Assembly: GCA_016938235.1 (NCBI GenBank)
Contig: JAFGVA010000198.1
Location: 64,752-128,751, forward strand
DNA from: Bacteroidales bacterium
GTDB lineage: Bacteria; Bacteroidota; Bacteroidia; Bacteroidales; UBA10428
Direction of reading: 5' to 3'
Length of the DNA: 64,000 bases
In this document: one piece after another, positions 1-15,000 of the stretch
How the letters are laid out: the number at the start of each line of letters is the position of its first letter
How positions within the stretch are numbered: position 1 is the stretch's first letter
Notes under the pieces: generated by a model
Databases searched by the model: none
What the model was told of the DNA's origin: nothing
Seen by the model: only the letters and a program-made list of their open reading frames with translations
Program-made: the position numbers and the translations under genes

Positions 1-513
1 TATCAGTTTTGCCTTATGCAGGAAGATGCTGTATGGGGAAAAAAATTCTATTATTGGGGCCGGGACTACCATTCTTCTTCCGATACTTCCCGAAATGCTG
101 ACTGGGGTGAAGAATCTGAGATGGAAGAATTATTTGGTCTTATGAAAACCAAATTTATTGATAAGGGAATACCTGTAATTCTCGGTGAGTTTGGCGCATA
201 TAAACGAATTCTAAATCCACCATCAGATCAGGAACTTCATAATTCTTCTGTCGAATATTTCAATAAATACCTGGTAAAAACAGCTTTGAATAATGGGATT
301 ATACCCTTCTTCTGGACAATAAACATGGGGCTTTTTAATCGCAGCACCGGAGAGATTGTTGACCCAGGTTTGCTAAATGCTCTCATGCAAGGAGCTAAGG
401 AATCTACTTTTATCGAAGTAAATTCAGATTGTTCAAATAACAACAAGTGCTTATTCAACTCAACCAGCTACGAGTCTGATAAGGCAAGCCATGAAAATTC
501 TAAAAAATATTGA
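1..513 (+). CDS. C-terminal fragment of a GH5-type (cellulase superfamily) glycoside hydrolase; the 5' end lies outside the window
   Basis: Frame 1 is open from base 1 (YQFCL precedes the first Met at 16). GIPVILGEFGA is the classic GH5 nucleophile-Glu strand context, followed by IIPFFWT. The subfamily cannot be assigned from this fragment. Confidence 0.6.
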   Translation, partial: YQFCLMQEDAVWGKKFYYWGRDYHSSSDTSRNADWGEESEMEELFGLMKTKFIDKGIPVILGEFGAYKRILNPPSDQELHNSSVEYFNKYLVKTALNNGIIPFFWTINMGLFNRSTGEIVDPGLLNALMQGAKESTFIEVNSDCSNNNKCLFNSTSYESDKASHENSKKY

Positions 514-746
514 TTTCGCTTAAAAACTAAAAAGGCCAGTAAGATTAAAAAAATATGAAATGGAAATTAATAATCAAAGAAAAGCAAAAAGTATGTAAAT
601 TAACAGGAGTTGGTTCTGGTAATCAAAACATTAGCATCATCAATCTTGGACAGGGAAAAGTAGCAATTGATGCATTAAGGACAACTAAATAAACTAATTT
701 AACAGACATAAGCTTTACAGGTATTAAACCCTTATTAATTATAAGA

Positions 747-3668
747 ATGAAAAGAAAATACATAGGCAAATTATGGAAATATATTCAGATTTTTCTGTTT
801 CTGATTTCTTATTCCATTTTTTCAAAGGCACAAACAAATAATCTCTTTGAAACGGATTTTGTGATTGAAAAACCAGTAAGTGAACAGGATTTTCCTATAA
901 TCCTTGATAATGGATCCGCTTCTGCAATCAAATATGATACTTCCGATTATCCTGGGGTAATTCGTGCTATTCATGATTTACAAAACGATATAGAAAGTGT
1001 AACAGGCAAAAGGCCTGACTTACGCAATTCCAACGAATCAGCCGAATATGAAATTATCATTGGTACGTTGGGCAAAAGTAAACGAATCGCTAAACTGATT
1101 GCTTCAAAAAAGCTTGATGCAACTTCTATCGATGGAAAATGGGAAAGTTTTGTTATTGCAACTATCCCGAATCCAAATAAAAAAACCAAAAACAGTCTGG
1201 TAATTGTTGGTAGCGATAAGCGCGGCACTATTTATGGCATCTATGAATTATCAAAACAACTGGGCGTTTCTCCATGGTACTGGTGGGCCGATGTTCCCGC
1301 TAAAAAACGCACCTCGGCTTATGTAAGGTCGGGTCGTTATGCTTCAGGCGAGCCAAAGGTAAAGTATCGAGGTATTTTTATTAATAACGAGGCCCCGGCT
1401 TTTTCTGGTTGGGCAACCGAAAAATTTGGCGGAGCTAATTCCAAGGTATATACCAAAGTTTTCGAGTTAATTTTGCGCTTAAAAGGAAACTACCTGTGGC
1501 CGGCTATGTGGGGAAATGCATTTAATGACGATGACCCTCTAAACAGAACATTAGCCGACGAGTATGGCATTGTGATGGGAACATCGCACCACGAACCCAT
1601 GGACAGGTCGCAACAGGAATGGAAACGCTATGGCAAAGGGGAGTGGAATTACATTCACAATTCAGAAGGATTGCGCGAATTCTGGCGCCAGGGAATAGAA
1701 AATATGGGTAATGCCGAATCGCTTATTACCATGGGAATGCGTGGCGATGGCGACATGCCGATGGGTGATAGTACAAACATTGCCCTGCTCGAAAAAATCA
1801 TCCATGATCAACGGGAGATTCTTACTGAAGTGACAGGCAAAAAACCCCAAGACATACCTCAATTATGGGCTCTGTACACCGAGGTTCAACGATATTATGA
1901 TCAGGGTATGCGCGTACCCGACGACATTACCATTTTATTTAGCGATGACAATTTCGGAAATATCCGACGTTTACCCGACGTAAACCTACCTAAACGAGTC
2001 GGAGGTTATGGCGTATATTATCATTACGATTTTAACGGGGGGCCGTGGAGCCATAAATGGATCAATACGGTACAAATCACCAAAGTCTGGGAGCAGCTTC
2101 ATTTGGCTTATGAGCATGGCATTGACCGAATCTGGGTGCTAAATGTGGGCGATATAAAACCGCTTGAATTTCCGACGAATTTTTATTTTGATTATGCGTG
2201 GAATCCAGACAATTGGCCATCGGATAAATTGGAAGAATACGCCGTTCAATGGGCACAAGAGCAGTTAGGTGGGAAGTATGCCGAACAAATCGGCGAGGTT
2301 ATGACACGGTACAGCAACTATAACGGTTTCCGCAAACCTGAACTGATGTTGCTTTTTAACCGTTTCAGCCTGACCGATTATCGCGAATTTGAAACCATTG
2401 TTGCTAATTACAATGCACTCCGAGATGATGCCGAAGAAATCAATAAGCTGATTCCGGCAGCATATAAGGATGCTTACTTTGAAACGGTTTTGCATCCCAT
2501 ACAAGCAGTTTCCAATTTATACGAATTGTTTTATGCCCTTTCCAGGAATAAAATGTATGCCGGGCAAGGCAGGGCAACAACCAATACAATGGCCGACCTT
2601 GTTAAAGAATACTATGTGAAAGATTCATTGCTTTCGCATTATTACAATCACGAATTGGTGCAAGGTAAATGGAACCATATGATGGATCAAACCCATGTGA
2701 ATTATACAGCGTGGCGGGGACCTGATATTGAATCCATTCCGGAAACAAAGCGCCTTGACTTGAAAAAAGAAGCTGATATGGGCATTGCAATTGAAGGTTC
2801 CAGCGCATGGTGGCCGAACAATTCCGCAGAAGCTGTTTTACCCACTTTTAATTCGTATCGCGATACTGCATTTTACATTGAAATTTTTAACCAGGGCACC
2901 ATATCCTTTGATTACTTAGTACAAGCCGATGTTCCCTGGGTAATAGCATCCTCTATATCGGGCAGTATTGCAGAGCAGGAGCGTGTGTGGGTAACCATAG
3001 ATTGGAATAAAGCGCCCAAAGGAACACAGGAAGCGCATTTGACAATATCCGGTGCAGCGAACCAAAAAGTGTCGGTTAAAGTTCCCATAGATAACACCGA
3101 AACAATAGAAACCCTGGCAGGAAAAGGCTTTGTAGAAAGTAATGGCTATGTTTCTATCAATGCAGTTAACTATTCCAAAGCCATTTTAAAAGAAGGTTAT
3201 TCCTGGCACAGGTTGGATAATTATGGCAAAATAGGCAGCGGCATAACATTATTTCCAGCTACCATGCCAAAACAGGAAGCTACCGAATCTGCTCCGCATC
3301 TTGAGTATAAAGTATTCCTGAAGGATACAGGCGCAGTAAACATACAGGTGTATTTGGGTTCTACCATTGACTATAGTGGAGGCAAAGGACTTCATTATGC
3401 CATTGCGTTTGACGGTCAAACACCACAAATAATCAACAGTACCTTGCAAAAACCTGGAGAATTTTGGGTAAACGATAACCATGATAAGGTAATGATGGAT
3501 GATGTAAGGGTGGACGAATCGGTTCACAAAATCAGCAAACCTGGCGAACATACAATTAAATTTTGGATCATTGATAAAGGATTAATCCTGCAAAAAATAG
3601 TTGTTGATTGTGGCGGTGTAAAATCAAGTGAATTAGGTCCTCCCGAAAGTTATAACAGTTTAAAATAA
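747..3668 (+). CDS. GH115 family glycoside hydrolase (alpha-glucuronidase type), secreted
   Basis: 973 aa with an N-terminal signal peptide. The blocks VGSDKRGTIYGIYELSKQLGVSPWYWWADVP, YRGIFINNEAP and GTSHHEPM match GH115 core motifs as I recall them. Confidence 0.85.
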   Translation: MKRKYIGKLWKYIQIFLFLISYSIFSKAQTNNLFETDFVIEKPVSEQDFPIILDNGSASAIKYDTSDYPGVIRAIHDLQNDIESVTGKRPDLRNSNESAEYEIIIGTLGKSKRIAKLIASKKLDATSIDGKWESFVIATIPNPNKKTKNSLVIVGSDKRGTIYGIYELSKQLGVSPWYWWADVPAKKRTSAYVRSGRYASGEPKVKYRGIFINNEAPAFSGWATEKFGGANSKVYTKVFELILRLKGNYLWPAMWGNAFNDDDPLNRTLADEYGIVMGTSHHEPMDRSQQEWKRYGKGEWNYIHNSEGLREFWRQGIENMGNAESLITMGMRGDGDMPMGDSTNIALLEKIIHDQREILTEVTGKKPQDIPQLWALYTEVQRYYDQGMRVPDDITILFSDDNFGNIRRLPDVNLPKRVGGYGVYYHYDFNGGPWSHKWINTVQITKVWEQLHLAYEHGIDRIWVLNVGDIKPLEFPTNFYFDYAWNPDNWPSDKLEEYAVQWAQEQLGGKYAEQIGEVMTRYSNYNGFRKPELMLLFNRFSLTDYREFETIVANYNALRDDAEEINKLIPAAYKDAYFETVLHPIQAVSNLYELFYALSRNKMYAGQGRATTNTMADLVKEYYVKDSLLSHYYNHELVQGKWNHMMDQTHVNYTAWRGPDIESIPETKRLDLKKEADMGIAIEGSSAWWPNNSAEAVLPTFNSYRDTAFYIEIFNQGTISFDYLVQADVPWVIASSISGSIAEQERVWVTIDWNKAPKGTQEAHLTISGAANQKVSVKVPIDNTETIETLAGKGFVESNGYVSINAVNYSKAILKEGYSWHRLDNYGKIGSGITLFPATMPKQEATESAPHLEYKVFLKDTGAVNIQVYLGSTIDYSGGKGLHYAIAFDGQTPQIINSTLQKPGEFWVNDNHDKVMMDDVRVDESVHKISKPGEHTIKFWIIDKGLILQKIVVDCGGVKSSELGPPESYNSLK

Positions 3669-3674
3669 TTGATT

Positions 3675-6125
3675 ATGAAGAGAATTATTAAAAATAACAG
3701 GTTAACAATAATAAATTGTTTTAATGCGATATTGATTTTATTGGTTTTAGTAAGTTGTTCGAAGGTTCAGGAATACGAACAGCTGACTTCTGAACGAAAG
3801 CAACTATTCGATAATAATTGGAAATTCTATTTAGGCGATACCACTGCCGCAAGTGCAAGCAAATTTAACGATGCTGGTTGGCGTAAGCTTGATTTACCCC
3901 ACGATTGGAGCATCGAAGGCGAAATTGATTCCACAAATCCTACAGGAGGTTCCGGAGGGTATTTCCCGGCAGGAATCGGCTGGTACCGAAAAACTTTCAA
4001 TGTTCCTAAAGAATTGAAAGAGAAAATTGTTTCTATTTATTTTGAAGGTGTTTACATGAATTCCGAAGTTTTCATTAACGGAAAGTCGCTGGGCATTTAT
4101 CCGTATGGATATTCGTCGTTAAGTTATAACATTTCACCCTTTTTGGATTTTGATAAAGAAAATGTAATCGCAGTCAGGGTCGATAATTCGCAACAGTTGA
4201 ATTGCAGGTGGTACAGTGGATCGGGTATATACCGTCATGTCTGGATAATGGTTACCGACCCGGTACATGTGGCTCGGTGGGGTGTTTCCATTATAACTCC
4301 CGACATAACTGAGGAAAATGCAACTGTTGTGGTAAAAACTTTGGTAAAAAATGAAACTTCCTTTCCTCAAAGTATAATTCTTAAAACCACTCTGCTTGAT
4401 GAAAATTCAAAAGGTGCAGGAGATAAGGAAACAAATGTGGAACTTCCATCCAACAGTGAAAAAGAGCTTGTGCAAATCATTATTGTATCAAATCCTTTGC
4501 TCTGGTCGCCCGAAACTCCTCATTTATATCAGGCCAAGGTACAGATATTAAAGGACGAACAAATATTGGATGGTACTGAAACTGATTTTGGGATACGGAC
4601 CTTAGAATATTCTGCCGAAAATGGGTTTCAGTTAAACGGAAATACAATTCTTATTAACGGAGGCTGTGTACATCACGATAATGGTATACTTGGTGCTGCA
4701 GCATTCGATCGCGCAGAAGAGCGCAGGGTTGAACTCTTGAAAGATGCAGGGTTCAATGGTGTGAGGACTTCACACAATCCTCCATCGGAGGCTTTCTTAA
4801 ATGCATGCGACAAATTAGGCTTAATGGTAATTGACGAAGCATTTGATGGTTGGAAAGCCAATAAAAACCCATATGATTACGCCATATATTTTGATGAATG
4901 GTGGAAACGCGATCTGGATGCAATGATTCTTCGCGACCGCAACCACCCATCCATTATTATGTGGAGTATTGGCAATGAAGTTATCGAAAGGAAGGAACCG
5001 ACCGCCGTTGAAATTACCAAAATGCTTTCTAATGAAATAAAATCAATAGATTCTACCCGACCCGTTACATCTGCAATGACTACCTGGGATGGGGATTGGG
5101 ATGTCTTTGACCCCTTAATGGCAGCACACGATGTTTGCGGCTATAATTATCAGTTATCCCGGGCACCTTCCGATCACGAAAGGGTACCTTCAAGAATAAT
5201 ATTAAATACCGAGTCCTATCCGGGAAATGCCTTCAATATTTGGCGACTGGTATCTGAAAACAATTACATCATCGGTGATTTTGTTTGGACAGCTCTTGAT
5301 TATTTAGGTGAATCGGGTATTGGCGCATATTATTATCCGGATGAAAAGGCTGATGAACATTGGCAAAGCGACCGTTTCCCCTGGCATGGTGCTTATTGTG
5401 GCGATGTTGACATTACAGGTTGGAGAAAGCCCATATCGCATTACCGGAGTATGTTATATAACGAAAATGAAAAACTCTATATGGCTGTTCGGGAACCAAA
5501 TCCCGAGAGTGGAGAAATCAGAATAACCAGCTGGGCTGTATGGCCAACCTGGGAAAGCTGGACCTGGCCCGGTTATGAAGGAAAGAAAATTGACGTAGAA
5601 ATCTATTCGAAATACCCGAAAGTCAGGCTGTATCTTAATGATAAGTTGATTGGAGAGCAGTTAACAACCATTGAACAGCAATTAAAGACCACATTCTCAG
5701 TACCCTATTCTCCGGGAACTCTTAAAGCAGTTGGGGTTGATGGCGACAAAGAAGTTGAATCTGCCGTTTTGAAAACTTCAGGTGAACCTGCTGGAATAAA
5801 ATTAACAGCCGACCGAAATGAAATTGTAGCTAACGGGCAGGATTTATCTTTTGTGACTGTCGAAATTACCGATAAGGATGGTGCTTTTCAGCCCAACGCA
5901 GCAAACCAGTTACATTTTAAAATTGAAGGCCCCGGTACAATTGCAGGTGTTGGCAATGCCAATATGAAAGACAACGACCCTTATGTTGGCAATAGCCATA
6001 AAACTTGGCAAGGACGGGCGCTGGTGATAATAAAAAGTGCCCATAAAGCCGGAGATATTAAGCTTATTGTTACTTCTGAGGAATTATCAGAAGCTACTCT
6101 AAAAATTAAAACAATCAATAAATAA
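3675..6125 (+). CDS. GH2 family glycoside hydrolase (beta-galactosidase/glucuronidase-like; specificity unresolved), lipoprotein
   Basis: The ORF opens with TTG at 3669, but ATG at 3675 is the likelier start. It has a lipoprotein-type signal (LVLVSCS), NGVRTSHNPPS, an acid/base context MWSIGNE, and a long Ig-like C-terminal extension. It starts 7 nt after the GH115 stop. Confidence 0.8.
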   Translation: MKRIIKNNRLTIINCFNAILILLVLVSCSKVQEYEQLTSERKQLFDNNWKFYLGDTTAASASKFNDAGWRKLDLPHDWSIEGEIDSTNPTGGSGGYFPAGIGWYRKTFNVPKELKEKIVSIYFEGVYMNSEVFINGKSLGIYPYGYSSLSYNISPFLDFDKENVIAVRVDNSQQLNCRWYSGSGIYRHVWIMVTDPVHVARWGVSIITPDITEENATVVVKTLVKNETSFPQSIILKTTLLDENSKGAGDKETNVELPSNSEKELVQIIIVSNPLLWSPETPHLYQAKVQILKDEQILDGTETDFGIRTLEYSAENGFQLNGNTILINGGCVHHDNGILGAAAFDRAEERRVELLKDAGFNGVRTSHNPPSEAFLNACDKLGLMVIDEAFDGWKANKNPYDYAIYFDEWWKRDLDAMILRDRNHPSIIMWSIGNEVIERKEPTAVEITKMLSNEIKSIDSTRPVTSAMTTWDGDWDVFDPLMAAHDVCGYNYQLSRAPSDHERVPSRIILNTESYPGNAFNIWRLVSENNYIIGDFVWTALDYLGESGIGAYYYPDEKADEHWQSDRFPWHGAYCGDVDITGWRKPISHYRSMLYNENEKLYMAVREPNPESGEIRITSWAVWPTWESWTWPGYEGKKIDVEIYSKYPKVRLYLNDKLIGEQLTTIEQQLKTTFSVPYSPGTLKAVGVDGDKEVESAVLKTSGEPAGIKLTADRNEIVANGQDLSFVTVEITDKDGAFQPNAANQLHFKIEGPGTIAGVGNANMKDNDPYVGNSHKTWQGRALVIIKSAHKAGDIKLIVTSEELSEATLKIKTINK

Positions 6126-6131
6126 GAATAA

Positions 6132-9410
<3,279 letters not shown>

Positions 9411-9433
9411 AAACACAATCCATTCAAATTATA

Positions 9434-9593
9434 ATGTTTTTATTGATCCTGGGAATAACAGCCAATTCACAAAACAGCAATTCATTTTTTCCCTGAAAAA
9501 GACCAGATAACAACAGGAATCTATTATGACCCTGAATATTGGAATGAAAATAAATGGGAGCGCGGTATTAGAAAAATTCCCGATATGAATTGA
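9434..9593 (+). pseudogene. Decayed N-terminal stub of a GH42-like beta-galactosidase (frameshifted and truncated)
   Basis: ATG at 9434 encodes a signal-like MFLLILGITANSQNSNSFFP and then a stop. A +1-shifted frame continues FFPEKDQITTGIYYDPEYWNENKWERGIRKIPDMN*, which aligns with the GH42 N-terminal YYPEHWP..W..D.R.M...G.N block. Nothing further follows. Confidence 0.4.
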
Positions 9594-9843
9594 ATAAGAT
9601 ATTCAGGAACTACAAATGTTTATTTGGATAATGGGCTTTAAGTGACTTTTTAAGTTTTAAAATATTTTCTTATTGTTATATAAACCGACATCCGGTTATT
9701 TCTATTAAAAATGATATAATCTCAAAGAATATAGAGATTATTTTAAAGAAGGAGATAGAATGATATACCTAGTTTTGGGATAGATTCAAATTGTTTGACT
9801 GACATATGAATTTGGATTTTATAAACCAAAACACATATCTATC

Positions 9844-11925
9844 ATGACTAAATGTATTATACCAGGTTTTATAATTATTATTTTCCTTTTTAGTATCTCC
9901 TGTTCAGAATATAAAGCGCCTGCACCATGCGCTCCATTGCCATCAGAAAACCAACTCAGGTGGCAGGAAATGGAATATTATGCCTTTATCCATTTTTCGT
10001 TAAACACTTATACCAATCAATCGTGGGGTTATGGTAATGAAGATATGAACCTGTTTAATCCCGATTCATTGGATTGCCGTCAATGGGCCCGTATATGCAA
10101 AGAAGCCGGAATGAAAGGAATTATCATTACTGCAAAACACCATTGTGGATTTTGCCTCTGGCCTACCGAAACTACCAAATATTCGGTAAAAAACGCTCCC
10201 TGGAAAGATGGTAAAGGTGATGTGATCAAGGAGTTGGCCGATGCCTGCAAGGAATATGGCCTAAAACTGGGTATTTATGTATCTCCATGGGATCGTAATA
10301 GTCCTGAATATGGAAAACCGGAATACATCGAAATTTTCAGAACCCAAATTAAAGAGGTTCTTACAAATTATGGTGAAATATTCGAAATCTGGTTCGACGG
10401 TGCCAACGGAGGAACAGGATATTATGGTGGGGCTGATGAAAACCGTAAAATCGACCGCACAAGCTATTACGACTGGCAACCTACTTATAAAATGATTCGG
10501 GAGTTACAACCTGCCATTGTTATATGGAACGATGGCGGAGACCGGGCTGATCTTCGTTGGGTGGGAACCGAAGCAGGATTCGTTGGCGAAACCAACTGGA
10601 GTTTATTGAACGATACGGGTGAAGTAGAATGGGGCATGTTACATTACGGCCTTGAAGATGGTAATGCCTGGGTTCCTGCTGAAGTTAATACTTCCATTCG
10701 CCCCGAATGGTTTTATCACCCGGGAGAAGATGCAAAGGTGAAAACAGTGCCTCAATTAATGGAAACCTATTATCATTCAGTTGGCCGGAACGGTACCTTA
10801 CTGTTAAACTTCCCTATTATGCCCAATGGTTTAATACATGAAAATGATGAAAAGGCTGCTCTTGAATTTGCCTATGCTGTAAAGGAAGCTTTTGCTGAAA
10901 ATCTTATTGAAAACGCAAAAATAGAAGCCACCAATATCCGCGGCACTTCAAAAAAATACAATGGAAAACAAACCATTGATAACAAACAGGAAACTTACTG
11001 GTCAACCGACGATAGTGTTACCACTGCCACATTAATCCTTGATTTTGGCCAGTCAACAACCTTCAACCGCTTTCTTGTTCAGGAATACATCAACCTGGGC
11101 CAGCGGGTAAAAGCTTTCTCTTTAGAAGCCTTAATTGATGAAGATTGGCAAGAGATAGCCAGATCCACAACCATTGGTTATAAACGCATCCTTCGATTCG
11201 AAACGGTTACAGCCACACAACTTCGTTTTAATATATTAGACTCAAAGGCTTGCCCTCTCATATCAAATATCGGAGTTTTTAATGCCCCTCAACTGCTTTA
11301 TCCACCCCGTATCATTCGAAATCAAGCGGGCGAAGTTATCATTTCTCCGGTTGATGCTGAATCTGTAATCTATTACACACTGGATGGAAGTGTGCCCACT
11401 CCGCAATCTGAAAAATATACCCAGCCTGTTTCAACAGACGGAAAATTGCAGGTTAAGGCCATTGCATTTGAACCTTCAACAGGAAAAAGTAGTCCCGTAT
11501 GCAGTGAAACATTCGACCTCCCCCGAAAGGATTGGAAGATAATTGCCATTAATGACGAAAAAGTGTATGCTGTTATTGATGGCGATCAACATACGGCGTG
11601 GCATCAGGATAAGAACATTACCCTTCCGGCTGATCTTATAGTAGATATGGGCAAAGAACTAACGATTACAGGCTTTAAGTATTTCCCGGACCAGTTTTTA
11701 TGGGGGCCAGGAATAATAACTCATTACAAATTCTTCGTCTCTACAGACAACAAAACCTGGAATTTAGTGAGCGATGGCGAATTTTCTAACATTAAGAATA
11801 ATCCCTTGTGGCAGATAAAAGAGTTTAATTCTGTTGAAGCCCGGTATTTTAAATTTCAGGCTTTAAGAAACACCGAGAACAACAATAACATTGGTTACGG
11901 CGAAATAGAAATAATAACCAAATAA
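9844..11925 (+). CDS. GH29 alpha-L-fucosidase with two F5/8-type-C (discoidin) modules, lipoprotein
   Basis: 693 aa with the signal FSISCS. The GH29 core is WQEMEYYAFIHFSLNTY, ITAKHHCGFCLWPT, YVSPWD and IWFDGA. This is followed by a discoidin-like module, a chitobiase-C-like module (VIYYTLDGSVPT) and a second discoidin-like module. Confidence 0.85.
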   Translation: MTKCIIPGFIIIIFLFSISCSEYKAPAPCAPLPSENQLRWQEMEYYAFIHFSLNTYTNQSWGYGNEDMNLFNPDSLDCRQWARICKEAGMKGIIITAKHHCGFCLWPTETTKYSVKNAPWKDGKGDVIKELADACKEYGLKLGIYVSPWDRNSPEYGKPEYIEIFRTQIKEVLTNYGEIFEIWFDGANGGTGYYGGADENRKIDRTSYYDWQPTYKMIRELQPAIVIWNDGGDRADLRWVGTEAGFVGETNWSLLNDTGEVEWGMLHYGLEDGNAWVPAEVNTSIRPEWFYHPGEDAKVKTVPQLMETYYHSVGRNGTLLLNFPIMPNGLIHENDEKAALEFAYAVKEAFAENLIENAKIEATNIRGTSKKYNGKQTIDNKQETYWSTDDSVTTATLILDFGQSTTFNRFLVQEYINLGQRVKAFSLEALIDEDWQEIARSTTIGYKRILRFETVTATQLRFNILDSKACPLISNIGVFNAPQLLYPPRIIRNQAGEVIISPVDAESVIYYTLDGSVPTPQSEKYTQPVSTDGKLQVKAIAFEPSTGKSSPVCSETFDLPRKDWKIIAINDEKVYAVIDGDQHTAWHQDKNITLPADLIVDMGKELTITGFKYFPDQFLWGPGIITHYKFFVSTDNKTWNLVSDGEFSNIKNNPLWQIKEFNSVEARYFKFQALRNTENNNNIGYGEIEIITK

Positions 11926-12006
11926 CGACAAATCCAAATTTATACAGAGTTAAATTAAATGAAATAGCAAACAAAAAATACCCTAACTAAAATTAAAAAC
12001 TTTCAT

Positions 12007-15000
12007 ATGAAAAGAACAACCAATCAAAATGAATTCCTGCGAAGACTTTATAAGTTAATATTGTTGGGAATCATTATGTTGAATGCATTAAACATTGCAT
12101 ATGCACAAACCAATGTTATGCAGGGAGTTATATCCGATGAGAATGCGCAGCCAATGCCCGGAGCAAATGTTTCTGTTAAAGGAACATCCTCAGGGACAAT
12201 CTCTGATATGAATGGCAGATTTTCAATCGACCTGAGCGATTTTGAGAATCCTGTCCTGACAATTTCATTTGTAGGTTATTTAACAGAAGAAGTTATTGTT
12301 GGAGATCAATCTGAAATTAATATTCAGCTAATACCGGATCTCATGTCACTTGAAGAAGTTCTGGTTGTTGGTTATGGCGTGCAAAGGAAAAGCGACTTAA
12401 CCGGCGCAATAGCATCTGTTTCAAGTAAAAACTTATCAAACACTCCAAGTTCAGGCCTTGTTCAAGCCTTACAGGGTAAAGCAGCCGGAGTTCAGGTTTT
12501 CAATAATTCAGGTATGCCTGGAGCAGGAATTACAGTCAGAATTCGGGGAATAAATTCGATTACAACAGTTAATGGAAGCACTGGCGGCCCCTTATACATT
12601 ATTGATGGAATACCTGGCGATATCAATTCAATTAATCAAAACGACATTGAACATATAGAAGTATTAAAAGATGCATCATCGCAAGCAATATATGGCTCTT
12701 CAGGTGGAAATGGAGTAATACTTATTACAACAAAAAACGGATCATATAACCAAAAACCAAAAATTGAGCTTTCGATGTACAAGGGAATACAGAGCAACGA
12801 TTTACGAGTTGATTTGTGCAACACCGAAGAATGGATTCAGGTTTATAACAGTTTACAAGTAAATACAGATGATCCCATTCTTGATGATCCAGTTACTTTG
12901 CCAAATACAAATTGGTGGGATGAGATCTCACACAACGCTGCCATGGAAGATTACAACTTGTCAGTATCATCGGGAACAGAGCATTCAAAATCGCTGTTTA
13001 GTTTGGGGTACTTCAATCAGGATGGTATAGTTAAAAAGACAGACTATAAACGTTACACAATAAGGCTGAATTCAAGTGCTACAGTAGCTAAAAGGCTGAC
13101 AATTGGTGAAAACATTAACATTTCAGCAACACAACAAAGAGGTATGTACGACAACTCTTCCTGGGGTTCAATTGTTGCAGCAGCCCTCAATACAAGTCCG
13201 ATTTGCTATGTAAGAGATACAACAGCAATGAGTCAGAGCGAAGCATCGGACAAAAATATTGGCTGGGGAGGCTGGGGCAGCCCCTACTATGGCGCAGGAG
13301 TCGGTAATCCAGCTGTAAGTATTTATTACGACAACCGGCAAACAGGCACTTACAGGGCAGCCGGAAATTTATTCGCCAACCTCGAAATTGTTAAGGGCTT
13401 AACCTACAATCAAAACTTCGGCTTTGATGTGAATTTCTATGAAATGGATAACTACCTGCCCTATTACAATGTTGCAGTTGTTATGCAAAATTTAATTCCA
13501 AAAGTAGAGAGGGAGTTGGATAGAAACCTGTCGTGGAACTGGCAGCATGTTGTTGATTACAAAAGAGAATTTTCAAATGACCAAAATATTGGTATTATGG
13601 CCGGTTTTGAGGCCAGCGAAAATTTTGGTAAAACACTTTTTGGCAGAGCCGATTCATTGATAAAAGGTGGTGCTACACCCGAATTCCAGGTAATTGACGC
13701 AACTCTGCGAAGCAAAGGATCAGATTATTACCTTTCTCGGGGAACTGCCTGGCATGGAGCTCATTATGCATATTTTGGCAGAGCAAACTACGACTACAAG
13801 AATATTCTCCTGGCTCAGGTTACTTACAGGTATGACGGATCAACCAATTTTGGACCTAAATACAGATTTGGTTCTTTCCCCTCATTTTCAACCGGATTTA
13901 AATTCAGTGAACTCTCTTATATTAAAAACAGTGTTCCGGCATTAAGCTTTGGTAAAATCCGGTTTGGCTGGGGTGTAACCGGGAATGATCATATTCCTTC
14001 GTCGAAATTTTATTCGCTTGTTGATCAACAACCCAGGTATGGCTATATTATTGGAGGAAGAGAAGTTCCGGGAGGGGTGGCACTTGCTCCAGGAAATCCT
14101 TTATTGCATTGGGAAACAATTACAACCTACAATTATGGATTGGATGTAAATTTCTTCAACAATAAATTAAGCATAACAGCCGATTATTTTAACAAAAACA
14201 CTTCAGGCATGCTTCAGACCATTGATCTGCCAATGGTTGCCGGACGATTTGGTTTACCTGGTACTGACGGACAATATGCCGAACATGTTGGTGGATTGAC
14301 CAACAAAGGAATTGAGCTCACCATTGGCCATAAAGATAAGGTGGGAGAATTGAACTACTCAGTTGATTTCAATTTTACGAAAATTGTAAGTTCTTTATAT
14401 GATATGTACGACAGTCTCATGCTGAAAAACGATAGCAGAAGTTTGTCAAAAGATGGCAGTGCTCCGGGATTGTTTTTTGGATATCAAACCGACGGATTAT
14501 TCCGCCCCGAGGATGCCGATTACATTCTTGACCCCGGTGCAACAAAAGAAAGGTATGTTGTTGTTAACCAGCCTTACAGAATAAATGTTAATGGTGCAAA
14601 AGTTTTCTTGCAGAATGGAGCTTTACCTGGCGACTTAAGATTTATTGATACAAATGGAGATACAATGATAAACGATCAGGACCGCGTTGTTATTGGTGAT
14701 CCGAATCCAAAATTCACATTTGGGTTTACAATTAATCTTGAATACAAAGGGTTCGACATAAATTGTTTCTTCCAGGGAAGTTATGGAAATGATATTTATA
14801 ATGCTATAAAATCATCGTGGTATAGCCCTACTGGCTCGGGGAACTGGAGCACAGGGGCATTGGATGCTTACCGTGATCCTGTTTATGACGAGAACGGAAC
14901 ATTAATCGATCCCGGAAATACTACCTCAGACCAGTTTAGGCTTGTCAGTGGAAATAATTACAGAATCAGCGATTGGTATGTTGAAGATGGTTCATATATC

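Noticed and set aside
555-692. A 45-aa ORF (MKWKLIIKEKQKVCKLTGVGSGNQNISIINLGQGKVAIDALRTTK) in the GH5-GH115 spacer
   Set aside because: It is too short and has no motif or signal peptide. It could be a remnant, but I cannot support a call.
9807-9814. TGAATTTG near-matches to the -7 promoter consensus upstream of GH29 (9807-9814) and GH31 (17305-17312)
   Set aside because: They mismatch at the conserved A of TAnnTTTG and are indistinguishable from chance in AT-rich spacers. I mention them only in the promoter finding.
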